Source: Chitinophaga pinensis
Lineage (GTDB): Bacteria; Bacteroidota; Bacteroidia; Chitinophagales; UBA10324
Reading direction: 5' to 3'
DNA: 64,000 nucleotides
NCBI GenBank assembly: GCA_945903305.1
Contig: CAMDOA010000001.1
Location: forward strand, 16,892 to 80,891
Shown here: positions 57,223 to 64,000 of the stretch, piece by piece
Numbering within the stretch: position 1 is the stretch's first letter
Layout of the letters: every line of letters begins with the position of its first letter
Notes under the pieces: generated by a model
The model's input: the letters and a program-made list of their open reading frames with translations, nothing else
Told to the model about the DNA's origin: nothing
Database searches by the model: none
Made by a program: the position numbers and the translations under genes

Positions 57223-58527
57223 ATGACAGGCGAAAAAATTACCATGCGTGAAGGTATTTTATCAGTACCCAATCATCCGATAATACCATTTATAGAAGGC
57301 GATGGAACCGGTGCTGATATTTGGAAATCATCTGTTCGTGTGTTGGATGCTGCTGTGGAAAAAGCATATGGAGGAACAAAAAGCATTTGCTGGATGGAGG
57401 TGCTTGCCGGCGAAAAAGCATTTAATAAAACCGGTAATTGGCTTCCGGATGAAACACTTGCTGCTTTTAATGAATATCTTGTTGGAATAAAAGGTCCGTT
57501 AACCACACCGGTTGGTGGTGGAATACGATCGCTCAATGTGGCATTGCGACAAATTCTTGATTTGTTTGTTTGCCTGCGACCTGTTCGTTGGTTCGAAGGA
57601 GTTCCATCGCCTGTAAAAAATCCAGGTGCTGTGGATATGGTTATTTTTCGTGAGAACACGGAGGATATTTATGCAGGTATTGAGTTTGCAGCAGGTTCAG
57701 CCGAAGCAAAAAAAGTATTGGATTTTATTAAGAAAGAATTTCCAAAATCATTTGATAAAATTCGTTTTGGTACAATAGAAAAAGCAAACGAATGGCAAAA
57801 GCAACTCGAAGGTATTGGTGCTCCAAAACGATCAGTTGATATTGAAGTAGGCATTGGAATTAAGCCTGTGAGTTATTTGGGCACTGAACGATTAATGCAT
57901 TCGGCAATCAGCTATGCAATTAAGCACAATAAAAAAAGTGTTACCATAGTACATAAGGGAAATATTATGAAATACACTGAGGGTGGTTTCAGAGATTGGA
58001 GTTATAAAGTTGCCAAAGATTTTTTTGGTGCAGTGGAAATTGATGGTGGCCCCTGGTGCAAAATTCCGGAAGGAAAACCCGGAGCCGGAATAATTATTAA
58101 GGATGCCATAGCTGATATTACTTTACAACAAGTACTTACTCGTCCTGAAGATTTTGATGTAATTGCGACTTTAAATTTGAACGGTGATTATCTGAGCGAT
58201 GCCCTTGCCGCACAAGTTGGTGGAATAGGTATTGCACCTGGTGCAAATATTAATGGGGTAACGGGCCACGCTATTTTTGAAGCTACTCATGGCACCGCAC
58301 CAAAATACGCTAATCAGGATAAAGTAAATCCCGGTTCGGTAATTTTAAGTGGCGCTATGATGTTTGAACATCTTGGCTGGATTGACGCTGCTCAATTAAT
58401 TTATAAAGGTCTGGAAAAAAGTATTGCTTTAAAAAGAGTCACTTATGATTTTGAAAGGCAAATGACGAATGCTACTCTTTTAAGATGTTCAGAGTTCGGC
58501 GATGAAATAATTAAGAACATGAATTGA
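57223..58527 (+). CDS. icd: NADP-dependent isocitrate dehydrogenase (homodimeric, E. coli type)
   Basis: 434 aa. Motifs are [34 protein letters not shown] and [26 protein letters not shown]. Confidence 0.95.
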   Translation: MTGEKITMREGILSVPNHPIIPFIEGDGTGADIWKSSVRVLDAAVEKAYGGTKSICWMEVLAGEKAFNKTGNWLPDETLAAFNEYLVGIKGPLTTPVGGGIRSLNVALRQILDLFVCLRPVRWFEGVPSPVKNPGAVDMVIFRENTEDIYAGIEFAAGSAEAKKVLDFIKKEFPKSFDKIRFGTIEKANEWQKQLEGIGAPKRSVDIEVGIGIKPVSYLGTERLMHSAISYAIKHNKKSVTIVHKGNIMKYTEGGFRDWSYKVAKDFFGAVEIDGGPWCKIPEGKPGAGIIIKDAIADITLQQVLTRPEDFDVIATLNLNGDYLSDALAAQVGGIGIAPGANINGVTGHAIFEATHGTAPKYANQDKVNPGSVILSGAMMFEHLGWIDAAQLIYKGLEKSIALKRVTYDFERQMTNATLLRCSEFGDEIIKNMN

Positions 58528-58550
58528 ATACCTGTTTTTAATAAAATTAA

Positions 58551-61208
58551 TTATTGCACCAGATTGTCAAGACGATAAACTATTAACTCATTTCCGTTTT
58601 GGATAGTCAGTAAAACCGGTTCACTATTATCAAAAAGTGCGGCAATTTGCGAATAAGAATTACCTTTTTTTGGAAATCCATTCATTAATTTTCCTGCTGA
58701 ATTAATTAAATACAAGACCTCATTATTTTCATCTTCAACAAGTAAAACAAATTCGTTCGATTCCGGAAGTTGAAATTGAGTCATGCGCGATGGGTTTCCG
58801 CTTTCAAATGAATAGGTAAAAATTTGAGATGTATCTATTCCAAATCGAATCAGTTTCTGTGGAAACAATAAACTAACCTCTGTCATCGAATCAATTCCTA
58901 AATTCATCAATGCACAATTGGCTTCGTCAGCAATTAGCTTAAACCGGTTTGATTTACCATTTAACCCCAATGCATATATTATTCCGGTGCTGTCAATTGC
59001 CACCAACTGATTTTTTTTATCGATCAATATAGGGGTTGAAATATTCAAATCAACTTTAAATTCTTTACCCGATTTTTTTCCGTTTCTATCAAATAATAAA
59101 AGGTTACCTTCTGAATTCACTACAGATAACATTTCATTTTTTCCGAATTGAAAAAACTGCAATGGCATTTTTATAAACCCGTTTCCCGGGTTTGGATTCC
59201 ATCCACCCAATGGCTTTCCTGCCTTTTCAAAACCATAAATGCATCCATTACTGCACGAAACAAAATATTTAAATTGTTTTTTTCCATCAAAATCTATCAT
59301 GCTTAATGGCGATGTGGCATTTGCAGCCAGTCTAATCGGAAAATTATTTATGTCTTTTCCATTTATATCAATCATATAAATTTTTGAAGCAGTATTAAAA
59401 ACATACTGTTGCTCGCCATTACTATATAAGTCTAATTGATTTACAATTCCCATAACCGGCGAATCCAATTTCCGTTTCCAAACCACATCTCCTCCTTTAT
59501 TAATTAAGTATAATTGAAAATAGGCATCCTGTATAAAAATAATTTTATTGTTTTCTGCATCTTGTTTTACCTGCGGCGCAATAATAGCTGCTGTGTCTAA
59601 GGTTAATTTCCATGCGTATCTATCAGCAATTGATTTATTATCTGAAAATAAAATAGTGCCATTTGTTTCATAAAATTTTTCATTAAAAGTAAACGGAAGA
59701 AATACCGAATTACATTTCCGAATCATTTGATAATATTCCTTGAGATTTTGTTTGAAATCTTCTGAAGCAACTGCCAATATCAGGTCTTTTAATCGTGATG
59801 GATTAATCCAAAAAGAATATTGGGCATTGTTAAAAATTGCCGGATTAAATAATTCTTCCGGCAATACATTTTTATCAATTATTTTATCTAAATACATTTT
59901 CATCTGCCCTAATGAATTACTCATAATAACCGAATTATTTATAACACAGCAGTAAGGATTTGATACTTTGACAATGCTGTTTGGGAAACAGGTATAAAAA
60001 TCATCTCCAACCTTTAAATGAAAAATTGAATTGGCTTTATATTTTGAAAACACAGAACTATCGCCTCCTGATTTTATAATTGCCCATTGACTGAGCGACT
60101 TTTTTGCCTGAAGTGGATTAACTCCGTTAAAAACTAAAAATGATTGTGGTAATAAATTATTGTTAACCGGTTCAGTTAACACAAAATCCATTTCGTTGCC
60201 TAACCAAGTTTTTATATATCTCCTATAATCAGAATTAGTTTGCAATGAATTATTTACTTTATCGAAAGCCGAATTCGAACCAAGTGAATTGCTCATTACT
60301 ATAGATGCAATATCAGGAATGGAAGAGTTGGCCCCATTTTTAAGTGAAGCATTTAAATCAAAATATTGCAGCCAGTTACTCTTTTCATATGCCGATGTAA
60401 AACCATGTACCTTAATTTCAGTATTTAAAAATTTCAAATCAAAAAACGACCACTGTGCAAATGCCGATGCAGATTTGCAATACCCTTCGGTATCCTTCTG
60501 AAGAAAACTTAAACAAAAATCAGCCATCTTTCCATAATTAAAATACACCGACATATCGAATTCATTTGCTGTATGATTAACCAAATCTGAAAACGATTTA
60601 TCCTGCATCAAACTTTGTCGACCCATCATTTGCGAAATAGCGTCTTCGGTTAGTGTTGCGGTTGAACTAATGATGCATACATTATTCAAAATGGCGATAT
60701 TCAATTTGCTATTTCCATTTTGCTTGAAATTAATTTCATAAATTTTTTCTCCCCTGAAGTTCCTCACCACCGAACTTAAATTCAATCCAGCTACTTGGTC
60801 AGCAATATCCGGTTCGCCTTCATTACTGAAATCAAGCAAAAGCGCTATATCAAATTTATTAAGGCCGGTTGAATGAAAAGATGCAATAATGTTTCTTCTA
60901 TACAAAACTGAATTCCAGTCGCTGAACTTTTCGCATAATGGATTTAAAACAGAAAAATAATCATTTAGTTTTTTTAATAAGGGCAATTGCATCAAATCAT
61001 TCGAATAGCTCTTTCCGGCAATTTCTTTTGAAAAATTCTTCAGGTTTTGTATTTCGATAAAAAATGCTGCGTCGGTTGGAATAGCTCTTTTTAAAATATG
61101 GTCTCTACCTATTGGAGTGTATTGATTATATAATTGGATAGAACCTACAATCAGTGCAATCAGCATTGCCATTGCTGCTGCCCATTTTATCATTCTCTTA
61201 TTTACCAT
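58551..61208 (-). CDS. membrane-anchored protein of unknown function with a C-terminal beta-propeller-like repeat region
   Basis: 885 aa with an N-terminal anchor (IKWAAAMAMLIALIVGSI). The C-terminal 350 aa or so carry about 6-7 spaced repeats of the type hYhIDxxGKxhxGFP (LYLINKGGDVVW, IYMIDINGKDINNFP, IYGFEKAGKPLGGW, LLLFDRNGKK, IYALGLNGK, LYLINSAGKLMNGFP). Confidence 0.55.
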   Translation of the reverse strand: MVNKRMIKWAAAMAMLIALIVGSIQLYNQYTPIGRDHILKRAIPTDAAFFIEIQNLKNFSKEIAGKSYSNDLMQLPLLKKLNDYFSVLNPLCEKFSDWNSVLYRRNIIASFHSTGLNKFDIALLLDFSNEGEPDIADQVAGLNLSSVVRNFRGEKIYEINFKQNGNSKLNIAILNNVCIISSTATLTEDAISQMMGRQSLMQDKSFSDLVNHTANEFDMSVYFNYGKMADFCLSFLQKDTEGYCKSASAFAQWSFFDLKFLNTEIKVHGFTSAYEKSNWLQYFDLNASLKNGANSSIPDIASIVMSNSLGSNSAFDKVNNSLQTNSDYRRYIKTWLGNEMDFVLTEPVNNNLLPQSFLVFNGVNPLQAKKSLSQWAIIKSGGDSSVFSKYKANSIFHLKVGDDFYTCFPNSIVKVSNPYCCVINNSVIMSNSLGQMKMYLDKIIDKNVLPEELFNPAIFNNAQYSFWINPSRLKDLILAVASEDFKQNLKEYYQMIRKCNSVFLPFTFNEKFYETNGTILFSDNKSIADRYAWKLTLDTAAIIAPQVKQDAENNKIIFIQDAYFQLYLINKGGDVVWKRKLDSPVMGIVNQLDLYSNGEQQYVFNTASKIYMIDINGKDINNFPIRLAANATSPLSMIDFDGKKQFKYFVSCSNGCIYGFEKAGKPLGGWNPNPGNGFIKMPLQFFQFGKNEMLSVVNSEGNLLLFDRNGKKSGKEFKVDLNISTPILIDKKNQLVAIDSTGIIYALGLNGKSNRFKLIADEANCALMNLGIDSMTEVSLLFPQKLIRFGIDTSQIFTYSFESGNPSRMTQFQLPESNEFVLLVEDENNEVLYLINSAGKLMNGFPKKGNSYSQIAALFDNSEPVLLTIQNGNELIVYRLDNLVQ

Positions 61209-61270
61209 ACTTTCGGCGAAACTAATTTCGTGGTCATTTAAACCATTTTATATAATCAACAACCATTCTA

Positions 61271-61681
61271 ATGCAACGAACATTTTTCTCTACTGCCTGC
61301 CTACTCGCAATTATTGCTGTTGTACTTGGTGCCTTTGGGGCGCATGTTTTAAAACAAAAAATATCTGAAGATTTATTATTGAGTTTTGAAACCGGCGTTC
61401 GCTATCAGTTTTATCATTTATTCGCCTTAATCATTGTTGCATGGCAATTAAATTTTAACAAAAACAAATTTTTAATAATTGCCGGAAATAGTTTTTTGCT
61501 CGGAATTCTTTTTTTTTCAGGTTCATTATATTTAATCAGCACACATGAAATTACCGGATTGAATAATTACAAATGGTTGGGACCGGTTACTCCCGTTGGT
61601 GGATTATGTTTTATTTCAGGATGGCTTTTTCTGTACCTTGGAACAAGAAAAAATATGTATAACCCAGTAGAAAAAATTTAA
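61271..61681 (+). CDS. DUF423 (YgdD/TMEM256-like) membrane protein
   Basis: 136 aa with four TM helices and a GAFGAH motif near the N-terminus. Confidence 0.85.
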   Translation: MQRTFFSTACLLAIIAVVLGAFGAHVLKQKISEDLLLSFETGVRYQFYHLFALIIVAWQLNFNKNKFLIIAGNSFLLGILFFSGSLYLISTHEITGLNNYKWLGPVTPVGGLCFISGWLFLYLGTRKNMYNPVEKI

Positions 61682-61792
61682 TCAAATTCAGTTTTTTTTG
61701 ATTCATCTTCTTTTTCCTGATTAAACAATTTTGCTTAACGATTAGTTTATTTGAAAATCAATTTCTCGAAAATCAGTTAAACCCAAATCAAC

Positions 61793-62308
61793 ATGAATAT
61801 AGTTAAACCAACCATTGATTCACTTTCAGAATATTACAAATCATACTTTGATTATGTTCCGGAAACTGAAATGATGAAAGCATTAATTGAACAGAAAGAA
61901 CTTACGGAAGTCTATTTAAAATCAATACCTGTTGAAAAAGAATCTTTCAGATATGCTGATGAAAAGTGGATGCTGAAAGAAGTAGTGGGCCATTTATGCG
62001 ACACTGAAAGAATTTTATCATATCGGGCGCTTCGTTTTTCCAGAAATGATTCAACAGAATTATCAGCCTTTAGTGAAAACGATTATGTTCCGAATTCCAA
62101 TCATGCTCAAATAAATCTTGAAGCACTTATTGCGGAAAAATCAGCAATCAGAAATTCAACAATCATGCTTTTTAAAAACATGAACAATAAAATGATTGAT
62201 CGTACAGGAAATGCAAATAAAATTTCTGTAAGCGTGCAGTCGATTCTTTTTTTTATCATAGCACATGAAAGACATCATTTAAAAGTTATTAAGGAAAAAT
62301 ATATTTAG
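61793..62308 (+). CDS. DinB family protein
   Basis: 171 aa with a four-helix-bundle metal-site pattern: HLCDTERI ... IAHERHHLKVI. Confidence 0.8.
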   Translation: MNIVKPTIDSLSEYYKSYFDYVPETEMMKALIEQKELTEVYLKSIPVEKESFRYADEKWMLKEVVGHLCDTERILSYRALRFSRNDSTELSAFSENDYVPNSNHAQINLEALIAEKSAIRNSTIMLFKNMNNKMIDRTGNANKISVSVQSILFFIIAHERHHLKVIKEKYI

Positions 62309-62414
62309 CCGCGTTATGGGTAAGTAAGATGAATATGAATTTACACTCCGGTTTTTATAATATATATAGTTGATACAAACTTATTTATTACTTTTCGTGG
62401 GTAAAATATTGAAC

Positions 62415-64000
62415 ATGACGAAACTATACCTACCAATAATTTTTTGCATTTGTTTTTTTCTGATTTCTTCAGTTGAAAAATCATTTGCGCAACAAACCAT
62501 TCAAATTTATCAGGAAGATTTCAACTCTGGTCCGGCAAATTTTTTATTAAACAGTGGCGGACCATCCACTAATTCCGGAGCTAATCAATGGATTATCAAT
62601 AACAATTTTAATGGCAATGGAACTTATCCGAATACACCTGATGAAACACAAACTGTAAGTGGAACTATTGCTGGAGCACCCATAAGTCCTTACCTGCATA
62701 TCCATGATATTGCTGTTGCGCCGGCAACTGCGAATGCCAATTACAACCCGGCTGTTGTTTCTGATAATTTCGCTCAGATAAATGAAGATATGTGCACGGT
62801 GGGTTTAGAAAATACTATTCTTACTTTTTTTTATATCGGCGAAGGAAATGCCAGCGATTATTGTGAATTATATTACAGTATTAACAGCGGTGGCAGTTGG
62901 ACTCAAGTAGGAAACGCTCAGTACAACAATTCAAGTTTATGGAAATATGAAATTGTTACTGACCCTGCTTTTGATAATCAGGCAACCCTTCGTTTTGGAT
63001 GGCGCTGGAAAAATATGGGCGTTGGTGCAAACTCAATTTCAATTGGTATTGAAGATATTATTGTAGTAAGTACTTATGACAATGTAAATAATCCGGCAAT
63101 AATTAATATCACAACTGTTGCACCGAATCCGGTTTGTGCAGGAAGCTTTTTATCCATATTTTATTCTTTAAGCCATGCAATGTGTGATGGCACTTATCAA
63201 ATTCAGATTTCAAATTCAGCAGGGACTTTTACAGGTAATAACCTTGGTGTATTTAACATTGCTTCAGGTACTGTATCTGGCGGAATAGGTGGAATGATTC
63301 CAAGTTCAACTCCAGCAGGTACTTGTTATAAAATTCGAATTGATCGGCTTGCACCACCACCTGCAATTACTGGCGTTGCCAGCATTTGTTTTGAAGTAAT
63401 ACTTTGTCCTAATACAATTACTACTCTTCAACCTGTTGTCACTTTTGGTCCAGATACATTGTGTGCCGGAAGTGTAATTGATGTTCCATTTTTTTCCACC
63501 GGAACTTTCAATAATAACAATAATTATATTGCACAATTATCGGATGCAAACGGAAATTTTACAACACCAACTATTTTAGGTGCCTTTCCAAGCAATGCTG
63601 CATTCGACCCAACTAATGGCTCGCCTCCTGGTAATGTATCGGGGTTAATTCCTATTACCACTCCTGTTGGATGTAATTATTTTATTAGAGTTGTTTCAAC
63701 TAATCCAAATGTAATTCCACCACCCGCTAATTATTTTGGACCTTTTTGCATTAAACATTGTGATAACACAACGAATAACATGCAAGACATTCAGGTTTGC
63801 ATTACTTTAACTCAAGGTGTTGATACCACTATTTCATATGCTATAAATACATTTACAAACAGTACTACTTACGGTGCGGGAAATGTATTTGAAATTCAAA
63901 TTTTAAGTTCAGTTACTTATGCTGTATTAAATACAGGCTCATTTGGTTCTGTGGTTTCAAGCACTTCGGGTACTTTAACATTATCAGTGCCTGGATTACT
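62415..64000 (+). CDS. large secreted surface protein, N-terminal part (continues beyond the window); probable T9SS cargo/adhesin
   Basis: My own translation from ATG 62415 is open to the window end. It is absent from the ORF track because it has no stop in the window. It has a signal peptide (MTKLYLPIIFCICFFLISSVEKSFAQ). After an N-terminal domain of about 230 aa there are at least three Cys-containing modules of about 95 aa (C.G...F...G.F...N.Y.AQLSD.NG.F..P...G....G.VSG.IP...P.G..Y.IRV.S..P). Confidence 0.7.
   Translation, partial: MTKLYLPIIFCICFFLISSVEKSFAQQTIQIYQEDFNSGPANFLLNSGGPSTNSGANQWIINNNFNGNGTYPNTPDETQTVSGTIAGAPISPYLHIHDIAVAPATANANYNPAVVSDNFAQINEDMCTVGLENTILTFFYIGEGNASDYCELYYSINSGGSWTQVGNAQYNNSSLWKYEIVTDPAFDNQATLRFGWRWKNMGVGANSISIGIEDIIVVSTYDNVNNPAIINITTVAPNPVCAGSFLSIFYSLSHAMCDGTYQIQISNSAGTFTGNNLGVFNIASGTVSGGIGGMIPSSTPAGTCYKIRIDRLAPPPAITGVASICFEVILCPNTITTLQPVVTFGPDTLCAGSVIDVPFFSTGTFNNNNNYIAQLSDANGNFTTPTILGAFPSNAAFDPTNGSPPGNVSGLIPITTPVGCNYFIRVVSTNPNVIPPPANYFGPFCIKHCDNTTNNMQDIQVCITLTQGVDTTISYAINTFTNSTTYGAGNVFEIQILSSVTYAVLNTGSFGSVVSSTSGTLTLSVPGL

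Noticed and set aside
1-64000. Search for mobile elements, prophage, defence systems (RM, CBASS, retron, Abi, TA pairs), DGRs or biosynthetic clusters.
   Set aside because: No transposase, integrase, reverse transcriptase, methyltransferase/endonuclease pair, small paired toxin-antitoxin ORFs or clustered biosynthetic genes were recognisable. Gene content is core housekeeping plus envelope and T9SS cargo genes.

Overview
This 64-kb segment looks like core chromosome of a low-G+C member of the Bacteroidota. The phylum call rests on the T9SS translocon gene sprA, several proteins ending in T9SS C-terminal sorting domains, A-rich leaders with no Shine-Dalgarno sequence, and TAnnTTTG-type -7 boxes. 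I can support about 46 densely packed protein-coding genes on both strands. In order they are: DUF58 (partial), dnaG, DUF4476, thiolase, pepA, pdxA, a TPR/TMTC-like membrane protein, an Sfp-type PPTase, a GalE-like SDR, yfhO plus a GT-B glycosyltransferase, and a T9SS-secreted esterase. Next come a CSD-S1 protein, an ABC-F ATPase, pdxH, ribosomal protein THX, HU, recG, thiL, an LtaS-like sulfatase, rpoN, enoyl-CoA hydratase, MscS and a 1010-aa amidohydrolase. The rest are an alpha/beta hydrolase, hpt, a glucosaminidase-LysM protein, a UvrD-type helicase-nuclease, GNAT, VanZ, gcvH, sprA (2443 aa), ruvA, icd, DUF423, DinB and the 5' part of a large surface protein. I saw no rRNA, tRNA, CRISPR array, transposase, integrase, phage gene or recognisable defence or toxin gene. 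The window therefore reads as ordinary rather than accessory, and I cannot point to a convincing novel multi-gene system. The most unusual signals are non-coding. One is a 27-bp perfect inverted repeat built from 8-bp-periodic CAAAT units, with a third copy 14.7 kb away, each copy aimed at a downstream start codon. Another is a recurring TATTTTCGCC box, including a near-identical 25-nt promoter/start cassette at thiL and hpt. There are also long perfect hairpins between genes. Several proteins have unusual architecture or no known function and are flagged at modest interest: THX with an Ala/Lys/Pro tail, the CSD-S1 fusion, an 885-aa anchored propeller-like protein, and an orphan acidic 80-aa ORF in a 750-nt AT-rich gap. 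All functional calls come from motif recognition by eye; no database or HMM search was possible.
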